From assembly GCF_009914755.1 (NCBI RefSeq), contig NC_060941.1: a stretch of 64,000 nucleotides of DNA; one strand, 5' to 3'. The translations under genes were made by a program, and so were the position numbers. Below the pieces are notes generated by a model. That model saw only the letters and a list, made by a program, of their open reading frames with translations. It searched no databases and was not told where the DNA came from. This DNA is from the human T2T-CHM13v2.0 reference genome, Homo sapiens. Positions 40,401 through 53,400 of this stretch are shown piece by piece. How positions within the stretch are numbered: position 1 is the first letter of the stretch; each line of letters opens with the position of its first letter.

Positions 40401-42844
40401 AGTGGATATGTGGACCTCTCCGAAGATGTCTTTGGAAACGGGAATATCTTCACATAAAAACTAAACAGAAGCATTCTCAGAAACTTCTCTGTGATGTTTG
40501 TGTTCAACTCCCAGAGTTTCACATTGCTTTTCATAGAGTAGTTCTGAAACATGCTTTTCGTAGTGTCTGCAAGTGGACATTTGGAGCGCTTTCAGGCCTG
40601 TGGTGGAAAACGAATTATGGTCCCATAAAAACTGGAGAGAAGCATTGTCAGAAACTTCTTTGTGATGATTGCATTCAACTCACAGAGATGAAGGTTCCTT
40701 TACAAACAGCAGTTTCCAAACACTCTTTCTGTGGAATCTGCAAGTGGATATTTGGACCTCTTTGAAGATTTCGTTGGAAACGGGAGAATCTTCACAGAAA
40801 AGCTAAACAGAAGCATTCTCAGAAACTTCTTTGTGATGCTTGCATTCAACTCACAGAGTTGAACTTTCCTTTCGAGAGAGAAGCTTTGAAACACTCTTTT
40901 TCCAGAATCTGCAAGTGGACATTTGGAGGGCTTTGAGGCCTGTGGTGGAAAAGGAATTAACTTCCCATAAAAGCTAGATAGAAGCATTCTCAGAAACTAC
41001 TTTGTGATGATTGCATTCAAGTCACAGAGTTGAACATTCCCTTTGACAGAGCAGTTTGGAAACTCTCTTTGTGTAGAATCTGCAAGTGGAGATAAGGACC
41101 GCTTTGAGGCCTATGGTAGTAAAGGAAATAGCTTCATATAAAAGCTAGACAGTAGCATTCACAGAAAACTCTTGGTGACGACTGAGTTTAACTCACAGAG
41201 CTGAACATTCCTTTGGATGGAGCAGTTTCGAAACACACTATTTGTAGAATGTGCAAGTGGATATTTGGGCCTCTCTGAGGATTTCGTTGGAAACGGGATA
41301 AACCGCACAGAACTAAACAGAAGCATTCTCAGAACCTTCTTCGTGATGTTTGCATTCAACTCACAGTGTTGAACCTTTCTTTGATAGTTCAGGTTTGAAA
41401 CGGTCTTTCTGTAGAAACTGCAAGTAGATATTTGGACCTCTCTGAGGATTTCGTTGGAAACGGGATAAACCGCACAGAACTAAAACAGAAGCATTCTCAG
41501 AACCCTCTTCGTGATGTTTGCATTCAACTCACAGTGCTGAACCTTTCTTTGATAGTTCAGCTTTGAAACACTCTTCTTGTAGAAACTGCAAGTGGATATT
41601 TGGTCCTCTCTGAGGATTTCGTTGGAAACGGGATAAACCGCACAGAACTAAACAGAAGCATTCTCAGAACCTTCCTCGTGATGTCTGCATTCAACTCAAA
41701 GTGTGGAACCTTTCTTTGATAGTTCAGGTTTTAAAAACTCTTTTTGTAGAAACTGCAAGGGGATAATTGCACTCTTTGAGGAGTCCCGTAGTAAAGGAAA
41801 TAACTTCCTATAAAAAGAAGACAGAAGCTTTCTCAGAAAATTCTTTGGGATGATTGAGTTGAACTCACAGAGCTGAGCATTCCTTGTGATGTAGCAGTTT
41901 AGAAACACACTTTCTGCAGAATCTGCAAGTGCATATGTGGACCTCTCTGAGGAATTCGTTGGAAACGGGATAATTTCAGCTGACTAAACAGAAGCAGTCT
42001 CAGAATCTTCTTTGTGATGTTCGCATTCAAATCCCAGAGTTGAACTTTCCTTTCAAAGTTCACGTTTGAAACACTCTTTTTGCAGGATCTAGAAGTGGAT
42101 ATTTGGACCACTCTGTGTCCTTCGTTCGAAACGGGTATATCTTCACATGACATCTAGACAGAAGCATTCTCAGAAGCTTCTCTGTGATGACTGCATTCAA
42201 CTCACGGAGTTGAACACTCCTTTTGAGAGCGCAGTTTTGAAACTCTCTTTCTGTGGCATCTGCAAGGGGACATATAGACCTCTTTGAAGATTTCGTTGGA
42301 AACGGAATCATCTTCACATAAGAACTATACAGATGCATTCTCAGGAACGTTTTGGTGATGTTTGTATTCAACTCCCAGAGTTGAACTTTCCTTTGGAAAG
42401 AGCAGCTATGAAACACTCTTTTTCTAGAATCTGCAAGTGGACGTTTGGAGGGCTTTGTTGTTTGTGGTGGAAAAGGAAATATCTTCACCTAAATACTAGA
42501 TAGAAACATTCTCAAAAACTGCTTTGTGATGATTACATTCACCTCACAGAGTTGAACATTCCTATTGATAGAGCAGTTTGGAAACACCCTTGTTGTGGAA
42601 TGTGCAAGTGGAGATTTGGAGCGCTTTGAGGCCTATGGTAGTAAAGGGAATAGCTTCATAGAAAAACTAGACAGAAGCATTCTCAGAAAATACTTTGTGA
42701 TGATTGAGTTTAACTCACAGAGCTGAACATTCCTTTGGATGGAGCAGGTTTGAGACACACTTTTTGTAGAGTCTACAAGTGGATATTTGGACCTCTCTGA
42801 GGATTTCGTTGGAAACGGGATAACTGCACCTAACTAAACGGAAG
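37416..42844 (+). repeat. Two more diverged 16-mers (HOR15 2,715 bp; HOR16 2,714 bp)
   Basis: Starts 37416 and 40131; many private substitutions; 1-bp deletion in m10 of HOR16 (GCACTCTTTGAG versus GCACTTCTTTGAG). Confidence 0.9.
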
Positions 42845-45390
42845 CATTCTCAGAAACTTCTTGGTGATGTTTGCATTCAAATCCCAGAGTTGAACCTTCC
42901 TTTGATAGTTCAGGTTTGAAACACTCTTTTTGTAGGATCTGCAAGTGGATATTTGGACCACTCTGTGGCCTTCGTTCGAAACGGGTACATCTTCGCATAA
43001 AATCTAGACAGAAGCCTTCTCAGAAACTTCTCTGTGATGATTGCATTCAACTCACAGATTTGAACCCTCCTATGGATAGAGCATTGTTGAAACTCTCTTT
43101 TTGTGGAATCTGCAAGTGGATATGTGGACCTCTCCGAAGATGTCTTTGGAAACGGGAATATCTTCACATAAAAACTAAACAGAAGCATTCTCAGAAACTT
43201 CTCTGTGATGTTTGTGTTCAACTCCCAGAGTTTCACATTGCTTTTCATAGAGTAGTTCTGAAACATGCTTTTCGTAGTGTCTGCAAGTGGACATTTGGAG
43301 CGCTTTCAGGCCTGTGGTGGAAAACGAATTATGGTCCCATAAAAACTGGAGAGAAGCATTGTCAGAAACTTCTTTGTGATGATTGCATTCAACTCACAGA
43401 GATGAAGGTTCCTTTACAAACAGCAGTTTCCAAACACTCTTTCTGTGGAATCTGCAAGTGGATATTTGGACCTCTTTGAAGATTTCGTTGGAAACGGGAG
43501 AATCTTCACAGAAAAGCTAAACAGAAGCATTCTCAGAAACTTCTTTGTGATGCTTGCATTCAACTCACAGAGTTGAACTTTCCTTTCGAGAGAGAAGCTT
43601 TGAAACACTCTTTTCCAGAATCTGCAAGTGGACATTTGGAGGGCTTTGAGGCCTGTGGTGGAAAAGGAATTATCTTCCCGTAAAAGCTAGACAGAAGCAT
43701 TCTCAGAAACTACTTTGTGATGATTGCATTCAAGTCACAGACTTGAACATTCCCTTTGACAGAGCAGTTTGGAAACTCTCTTTGTGTAGAATCTGCAAGT
43801 GGAGATATGGACCGCTTTGAGGCCTATGGTAGTAAAGGAAATAGCTTCATATAAAAGCTAGACAGTAGCATTCACAGAAAACTCTTGGTGACGACTGAGT
43901 TTAACTCACAGAGCTGAACATTCCTTTGGATGGAGCAGTTTCGAAACACACTATTTGTAGAATGTGCAAGTGGATATTTGGACCTCTCTGAGGATTTCGT
44001 AGGAAACGGGATAAACCGCACAGAACTAAAACAGAAGCATTCTCAGAACCCTCTTCGTGATGTTTGCATTCAACTCACAGTGCTGAACCTTTCTTTGATA
44101 GTTCAGCTTTGAAACACTCTTTTTGTAGAAACTGCAAGTGGATATTTGGTCCTCTCTGAGGATTTCGTTGGAAACGGGATAAAACGCACAGAACTAAACA
44201 GAAGCATTCTCAGAACCTTCTTCGTGATGTCTGCATTCAACTCAAAGTGTGGAACCTTTCTTTGATAGTTCAGGTTTGAAACACTCTTTTTGTAGAAACT
44301 GCAAGGGGATAATTGCACTCTTTGAGAAGTACCGTAGTAAAGGAAATAACTTCCTATAAAAAGAAGACAGAAGCTTTCTCAGAAAATTCTTTGGGATGAT
44401 TGAGTTGAACTCACAGAGCTGAGCATTCCTTGCGATGTAGCAGTTTAGAAACACACTTTCTGCAGAATCTGCAAGTGCATATGTGGACCTCTGTGAGGAA
44501 TTCGTTGGAAACGGGATAATTTCAGCTGACTAAACAGAAGCAGTCTCAGAATCTTCTTTGTGATGTTTGCATTCAAATCCCAGAGTTGAACTTTCCTTTC
44601 AAAGTTCACGTTTGAAACACTCTTTTTGCAGGATCTACAAGTGGATATTTGGACCACTCTGTGTCCTTCGTTCGAAACGGGTATACCTTCACATGACATC
44701 TAGACAGAAGCATTCTCAGAAGCTTCTCTGTGATGACTGCATTCAACTCACGGAGTTGAACACTCCTTTTGAGAGTGCAGTTTTGAAACTCTCTTTCTGT
44801 GGCATCTGCAAGGGGACATGTAGACCTCTTTGAAGATTTCGTTGGAAACGGAATCATCTTCACATAAAAACTATACAGATGCATTCTCAGGTACTTTTTG
44901 GTGATGTTTGTATTCAACTCCCAGAGTTGAACTTTCCTTTGGAAAGAGCAGCTATGAAACACTCTTTTTCTAGAATCTGCAAGTGGACGTTTGGAGGGCT
45001 TTGTGGTTTGTGGTGGAAAAGGAAATATCTTCACCTAAATACTAGATAGAAGCATTCTCAGAAACTGCTTTGTGATGATTGCATTCACCTCACAGAGTTG
45101 AACATTCCTATTGATAGAGCAGTTTGGAAACACTCTTGTTGTGGAATGTGCAAGTGGAGATTTGGAGCGCTTTGAGGCCTATGGTAGTAAAGGGAATAGC
45201 TTCATAGAAAAACTAGACAGAAGCATTCTCAGAAAATACTTTGTGATGATTGAGTTTAACTCACAGAGCTGAACATTCCTTTGGATGGAGCAGGTTTGAG
45301 ACACACTTTTTGTAGAATCTACAAGTGGATATTTGGACCTCTCTGAGGATTTCGTTGGAAACGGGATAACTGCACCTAACTAAACGGAAG
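42845..45390 (+). repeat. 15-mer HOR variant (HOR17, 2,546 bp), m7/m8 fusion plus two 1-bp deletions
   Basis: The m8-specific GAAACGGTCTTTCTGTAG segment is absent; 1-bp deletions near 43611 and 44319. Confidence 0.92.
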
Positions 45391-48300
45391 CATTCTCAGA
45401 AACTTCTTGGTGATGTTTGCATTCAAATCCCAGAGTTGAACCTTCCTTTGATAGTTCAGGTTTGAAACACTCTTTTTGTAGGATCTGCAAGTGGATATTT
45501 GGACCACTCTGTGGCCTTCGTTCGAAACGGGTATATCTTCGCATAAAATCTAGACAGAAGCCTTCTCAGAAACTTCTCTGTGATGATTGCATTCAACTCA
45601 CAGAGTTGAACCCTCCTATGGATAGAGCAGTGTTGAAACTCTCTTTTTGTGGAATCTGTAAGTGGATATGTGGACCTCTCCGAAGATGTCTTTGGAAACG
45701 GGAATATCTTCACATAAAATCTAAACAGAAGCATTCTCAGAAACTTCTCTGTGATGTTTGTGTTCAACTCCCAGAGTTTCACATTGCTTTTCGTAGAGTA
45801 GTTCTGAAACATGCTTTTCGTAGTGTCTACAAGTGGACATTTGGAGCGCTTTCAGGCCTGTGGTGGAAAACGAATTATGGTCACATAAAAACTGGAGAGA
45901 AGCATTGTCAGAAACTTCTTTGTGATGATTGCATTCAACTCACAGAGTTGAAGGTTCCTTTTCAAAGAGCAGTTTCCAATCACTCTTTCTGTGGAATCTG
46001 CAAGTGGATATTTGGACCTCTTTGAAGATTTCGTTGGAAACGGGAGAATCTTCACAGAAAAGCTAAACAGAAGCATTCTCAGAAACTTCTTTGTGATGCT
46101 TGCATTCAACTCACAGAGTTGAACTTTCCTTTCGAGAGAGAAGCTTTGAAACACTCTTTTTCCAGAATCTGCAAGTGGACATTTGGAGGGCTTTGAGGCC
46201 TGTGGTGGAAAAGGAATTAACTTCCCGTAAAAGCTAGATAGAAGCATTCTCAGAAACTACTTTGTGATGATTGCATTCAAGTCACAGAGTTGAACATTCC
46301 CTTTGACAGAGCAGTTTGGAAACTCTCTTTGTGTAGAATCTGCAAGTGGAGATATGGACCGCTTTGAGGCCTATGGTAGTAAAGGAAATAGCTTCATATA
46401 AAAGCTAGACAGTAGCATTCACAGAAAACTCTTGGTGACGACTGAGTTTAACTCACAGAGCTGAACATTCCTTTGGATGGAGCAGTTTCGAAACACACTA
46501 TTTGTAGAATGTGCAAGTGGATATTTGGGCCTCTCTGAGGATTTCGTTGGAAACGGGATAAACCGCACAGAACTAAACAGAAGCATTCTCAGAACCTTCT
46601 TCGTGATGTTTGCATTCAACTCACAGTGTTGAACCTTTCTTTGATAGTTCAGGTTTGAAACGGTCTTTCTGTAGAAACTGCAAGTAGATATTTGGACCTC
46701 TCTGAGGATTTCGTTGGAAACGGGATAAACCGCACAGAACTAAACAGAAGCATTCTCAGAACCCTCTTCGTGATGTCTGCATTCAACTCACAGTGTGGAA
46801 CCTTTCTTTGATAGTTCAGGTTTGAAACACTCTTTTTGTAGAAACTGCAAGGGGATAATTGCACTTCTTTGAGGCCTACCGTAGTAAAGGAAATAACTTC
46901 CTATAGAAAGAAGACAGAAGCTTTCTCAGAAAATTCTTTGGGATGATTGAGTTGAACTCACAGAGCTGAGCATTCCTTGCGATGTAGCAGTTTAGAAACA
47001 CACTTTCTGCAGAATCTGCAAGTGCATATGTGGACCTCTGTGAGGAATTCGTTGGAAACGGGATAATTTCAGCTGACTAAACAGAAGCAGTCTCAGAATC
47101 TTCTTTGTGATGTTTGCATTCAAATCCCAGAGTTGAACTTTCCTTTCAAAGTTCACGTTTGAAACACTCTTTTTGCAGGATCTACAAGTGGATATTTGGA
47201 CCACTCTGTGTCCTTCGTTCGAAACGGGTATACCTTCACATGACATCTAGACAGAAGCATTCTCAGAAGCTTCTCTGTGATGACTGCATTCAACTCACGG
47301 AGTTGAACACTCCTTTTGAGAGTGCAGTTTTGAAACTCTCTTTCTGTGGCATCTGCAAGGGGACATGTAGACCTCTTTGAAGATTTCGTTGGAAACGGAA
47401 TCATCTTCACATAAAAACTATACAGATGCATTCTCAGGTACTTTTTGGTGATGTTTGTATTCAACTCCCAGAGTTGAACTTTCCTTTGGAAAGAGCAGCT
47501 ATGAAACACTCTTTTTCTAGAATCTGCAAGTGGACGTTTGGAGGGCTTTGTGGTTTGTGGTGGAAAAGGAAATATCTTCACCTAAATACTAGATAGAAGC
47601 ATTCTCAGAAACTGCTTTGTGATGATTGCATTCACCTCACAGAGTTGAACATTCCTATTGATAGAGCAGTTTGGAAACACTCTTGTTGTGGAATGTGCAA
47701 GTGGAGATTTGGAGCGCTTTGAGGCCTATGGTAGTAAAGGGAATAGCTTCATAGAAAAACTAGACAGAAGCATTCTCAGAAAATACTTTGTGATGATTGA
47801 GTTTAACTCACAGAGCTGAACATTCCTTTGGATGGAGCAGGTTTGAGACACACTTTTTGTAGAATCTACAAGTGGATATTTGGACCTCTCTGAGGATTTC
47901 GTTGGAAACGCGATAACTGCACCTAACTAAACGGAAGCATTCTCAGAAACTTCTTGGTGATTTTTGCATTCAAATCCCAGAGTTGAACCTTCCTTTGATA
48001 GTTCAGGTTTGAAACACTCTTTTTGTAGGATCTGCAAGTGGATATTTGGACCACTCTGTGGCCTTCGTTCGAAACGGGTATATCTTCGCATAAAATCTAG
48101 ACAGAAGCCTTCTCAGAAACTTCTCTGTGATGATTGCATTCAACTCACAGAGTTGAACCCTCCTATGGATAGAGCAGTGTTGAAACTCTCTTTTTGTGGA
48201 ATCTGCAAGTGGATATGTGGACCTCTCCGAAGATGTCTTTGGAAACGGGAATATCTTCACATAAAATCTAAACAGAAGCATTCTCAGAAACTTCTCTGTG

Positions 48301-50484
48301 ATGTTTGTGTTCAACTCCCAGAGTTTCACATTGCTTTTCGTAGAGTAGTTCTGAAACATGCTTTTCGTAGTGTCTACAAGTGGACATTTGGAGCGCTTTC
48401 AGGCCTGTGGTGGAAAACGAATTATGGTCACATAAAAACTGGAGAGAAGCATTGTCAGAAACTTCTTTGTGATGATTGCATTCAACTCACAGAGTTGAAG
48501 GTTCCTTTTCAAAGAGCAGTTTCCAATCACTCTTTCTGTGGAATCTGCAAGTGGATATTTGGACCTCTTTGAAGATTTCGTTGGAAACGGGAGAATCTTC
48601 ACAGAAAAGCTAAACAGAAGCATTCTCAGAAACTTCTTTGTGATGCTTGCATTCAACTCACAGAGTTGAACTTTCCTTTCGAGAGAGAAGCTTTGAAACA
48701 CTCTTTTTCCAGAATCTGCAAGTGGACATTTGGAGGGCTTTGAGGCCTGTGGTGGAAAAGGAATTAACTTCCCGTAAAAGCTAGATAGAAGCATTCTCAG
48801 AAACTACTTTGTGATGATTGCATTCAAGTCACAGAGTTGAACATTCCCTTTGACAGAGCAGTTTGGAAACTCTCTTTGTGTAGAATCTGCAAGTGGAGAT
48901 ATGGACCGCTTTGAGGCCTATGGTAGTAAAGGAAATAGCTTCATATAAAAGCTAGACAGTAGCATTCACAGAAAACTCTTGGTGACGACTGAGTTTAACT
49001 CACAGAGCTGAACATTCCTTTGGATGGAGCAGTTTCGAAACACACTATTTGTAGAATGTGCAAGTGGATATTTGGGCCTCTCTGAGGATTTCGTTGGAAA
49101 CGGGATAAACCGCACAGAACTAAACAGAAGCATTCTCAGAACCTTCTTCGTGATGTTTGCATTCAACTCACAGTGTTGAACCTTTCTTTGATAGTTCAGG
49201 TTTGAAACGGTCTTTCTGTAGAAACTGCAAGTAGATATTTGGACCTCTCTGAGGATTTCGTTGGAAACGGGATAAACCGCACAGAACTAAACAGAAGCAT
49301 TCTCAGAACCCTCTTCGTGATGTCTGCATTCAACTCACAGTGTGGAACCTTTCTTTGATAGTTCAGGTTTGAAACACTCTTTTTGTAGAAACTGCAAGGG
49401 GATAATTGCACTTCTTTGAGGCCTACCGTAGTAAAGGAAATAACTTCCTATAGAAAGAAGACAGAAGCTTTCTCAGAAAATTCTTTGGGATGATTGAGTG
49501 GAACTCACAGAGCTGAACATTCCTTGCGATGTAGCAGTTTAGAAACACACTTTCTGCAGAATCTGCAAGTGCATATTTGGACCTCTCTGAGGAATTCGTT
49601 GGAAACGGGATAATTTCAGCTGACTAAACAGAAGCAGTCTCAGAATCTTCTTTGTGATGTTTGCATTCAAATCCCAGAGTTGAACTTTCCTTTCAAAGTT
49701 CACGTTTGAAACACTCTTTTTGCAGGATCTACAAGTGGATATTTGGACCACTCTGTGTCCTTCGTTCGAAACGGGTATATCTTCACATGACATCTAGACA
49801 GAAGCATTCTCAGAAGCTTCTCTGTGATGACTGCATTCAACTCACGGAGTTGAACACTCCTTTTGAGAGCGCAGTTTTGAAACTCTCTTTCTGTGGCATC
49901 TGCAAGTTGACATGTAGACCTCTTTGAAGATTTCGTTGGAAACGGAATCATCTTCACATAAAAACTATACAGATGCATTCTCAGGAACTTTTTGGTGATG
50001 TTTGTATTCAACTCCCAGAGTTGAACTTTCCTTTGGAAAGAGCAGCTATGAAACACTCTTTTTCTAGAATCTGCAAGTGGACGTTTGGAGGGCTTTGTGG
50101 TTTGTGGTGGAAAAGGAAATATCTTCACCTAAATACTAGATAGAAGCATTCTCAGAAACTGCTTTGTGATGATTGCATTCACCTCACAGAGTTGAACATT
50201 CCTATTGATAGAGCAGTTTGGAAACACTCTTGTTGTGGAATGTGCAAGTGGAGATTTGGAGCGCTTTGAGGCCTATGGTAGTAAAGGGAATAGCTTCATA
50301 GAAAAACTAGACAGAAGCATTCTCAGAAAATACTTTGTGATGATTGAGTTTAACTCACAGAGCTGAACATTCCTTTGGATGGAGCAGGTTTGAGACACAC
50401 TTTTTGTAGAATCTACAAGTGGATATTTGGACCTCTCTGAGGATTTCGTTGGAAACGCGATAACTGCACCTAACTAAACGGAAG
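45391..50484 (+). repeat. Two 15-mer HORs (HOR18-19, 2,547 bp each) lacking the body of m9
   Basis: The m9-specific GTGCTGAACC...TTCAGCTTTG...TTGGTCCTC segment is absent; starts 45391 and 47938. Confidence 0.93.
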
Positions 50485-53400
50485 CATTCTCAGAAACTTC
50501 TTGGTGATGTTTGCATTCAAATCCCAGAGTTGAACCTTCCTGTGATAGTTCAGGTTTGAAACACTCTTTTTGTAGGATCTGCAAGTGGATATTTGGACCA
50601 CTCTGTGGCCTTCGTTCGAAACGGGTACATCTTCACATAAAATCTAGACAGAAGCCTTCTCAGAAACTTCTCTGTGATGATTGCATTCAACTCACAGATT
50701 TGAACCCTCCTATGGATAGAGCATTGTTGAAACTCTCTTTTTGTGGAATCTGCAAGTGGATATGTGGACCTCTCCGAAGATGTCTTTGGAAACGGGAATA
50801 TCTTCACATAAAAACTAAACAGAAGCATTCTCAGAAACTTCTCTGTGATGTTTGTGTTCAACTCCCAGAGTTTCACATTGCTTTTCATAGAGTAGTTCTG
50901 AAACATGCTTTTCGTAGTGTCTGCAAGTGGACATTTGGAGCGCTTTCAGGCCTGTGGTGGAAAACGAATTATGGTCCCATAAAAACTGGAGAGAAGCATT
51001 GTCAGAAACTTCTTTGTGATGATTGCATTCAACTCACAGAGATGAAGGTTCCTTTACAAACAGCTGTTTCCAAACACCCTTTCTGTGGAATCTGCAAGTG
51101 GATATTTGGACCTCTTTGAAGATTTCGTTGGAAACGGGAGAATCTTCACAGAAAAGCTAAACAGAAGCATTCTCAGAAACTTCTTTGTGATGCTTGCATT
51201 CAACTCACAGAGTTGAACTTTCCTTTCGAGAGAGAAGCTTTGAAACACTCTTTTTCCAGAATCTGCAAGTGGACATTTGGAGGGCTTTGAGGCCTGTGGT
51301 GGAAAAGGAATTAACTTCCCGTAAAAGCTAGATAGAAGCATTCTCAGAAACTACTTTGTGATGATTGCATTCAAGTCACAGAGTTGAACATTCCCTTTGA
51401 CAGAGCAGTTTGGATACTCTCTTTCTGTAGAATCTGGAAGTGGAGATATGGACCGTTTTGAGGCCTATGGTAGTAAAGGAAATAGCTTCATATAAAAGCT
51501 AGACAGTAGCATTCACAGAAAACTCTTGGTGACGACTGAGTTTAACTCACAGAGCTGAACATTCCTTTGGATGGAGCAGTTTCGAAACACACTATTTGTA
51601 GAATGTGCAAGTGGATATTTGGGCCTCTCTGAGGATTTCGTTGGAAACGGGATAAACCGCACAGAACTAAACAGAAGCATTCTCAGAACCTTCTTCGTGA
51701 TGTTTGCATTCAACTCACAGTGTTGAACCTTTCTTTGATAGTTCAGGTTTGAAACGGTCTTTCTGTAGAAACTGCAAGAAGATATTTGGACCTCTCTGAG
51801 GATTTCGTTGGAAACGGGATAAACCGCACAGAACTAAAACAGAAGCATTCTCAGAACCCTCTTCGTGATGTTTGCATTCAACTCACAGTGCTGAACCTTT
51901 CTTTGATAGTTCTGCTTTGAAACACTCTTCTTGTAGAAACTGCAAGTGGATATTTGGTCCTCTCTGAGGATTTCGTTGGAAACGGGATAAACCGCACAGA
52001 ACTAAACAGAAGCATTCTCAGAACCTTCTTCGTGATGTCTGCATTCAACTCACAGTGTGGAACCTTTCTTTGATAGTTCAGGTTTGAAACACTCTTTTTG
52101 TAGAAACTGCAAGGGGATAATTGCACTTCTTTGAGGCCTACCGTAGTAAAGGAAATAACTTCCTATAGAAAGAAGACAGAAGCTTTCTCAGAAAATTCTT
52201 TGGGATGATTGAGTGGAACTCACAGAGCTGAACATTCCTTGCGATGTAGCAGTTTAGAAACACACTTTCTGCAGAATCTGCAAGTGCATATTTGGACCTC
52301 TCTGAGGAATTCGTTGGAAACGGGATAATTTCAGCTGACTAAACAGAAGCAGTCTCAGAATCTTCTTTGTGATGTTTGCATTCAAATCCCAGAGTTGAAC
52401 TTCCCTTTCAAAGTTCACGTTTGAAACACTCTTTTTGCAGGATCTACAAGTGGATATTTGGACCACTCTGTGTCCTTCGTTCGAAACGGGTATATCTTCA
52501 CATGACACCTAGACAGAAGCATTCTCAGAAGCTTCTCTGTGATGACTGCATTCAACTCACGGAGTTGAACACTCCTTTTGAGAGCGCAGTTTTGAAACTC
52601 TCTTTCTGTGGCATCTGCAAGGGGACATGTAGACCTCTTTGAAGATTTCGTTGGAAACGGAATCATCTTCACATAAAAACTATACAGATGCATTCTCAGG
52701 AACTTTTTGGTGATGTTTGTATTCAACTCCCAGAGTTGAACTTTCCTTTGGAAAGAGCAGCTATGAAACACTCTTTTTCTAGAATCTGCAAGTGGACGTT
52801 TGGAGGGCTTTGTGGTTTGTGGTGGAAAAGGAAATATCTTCACCTAAATACTAGATAGAAGCATTCTCAGAAACTGCTTTGTGATGATTGCATTCACCTC
52901 ACAGAGTTGAACATTCCTATTGATAGAGCAGTTTGGAAACACTCTTGTTGTGGAATGTGCAAGTGGAGATTTGGAGCGCTTTGAGGCCTATGGTAGTAAA
53001 GGGAATAGCTTCATAGAAAAACTAGACAGAAGCATTCTCAGAAAATACTTTGTGATGATTGAGTTTAACTCACAGAGCTGAACATTCCTTTGGATGGAGC
53101 AGGTTTGAGACACACTTTTTGTAGAATCTACAAGTGGATATTTGGACCTCTCTGAGGATTTCGTTGGAAACGCGATAACTGCACCTAACTAAACGGAAGC
53201 ATTCTCAGAAACTTCTTGGTGATGTTTGCATTCAAATCCCAGAGTTGAACCTTCCTGTGATAGTTCAGGTTTGAAACACTCTTTTTGTAGGATCTGCAAG
53301 TGGATATTTGGACCACTCTGTGGCCTTCGTTCGAAACGGGTACATCTTCACATAAAATCTAGACAGAAGCCTTCTCAGAAACTTCTCTGTGATGATTGCA

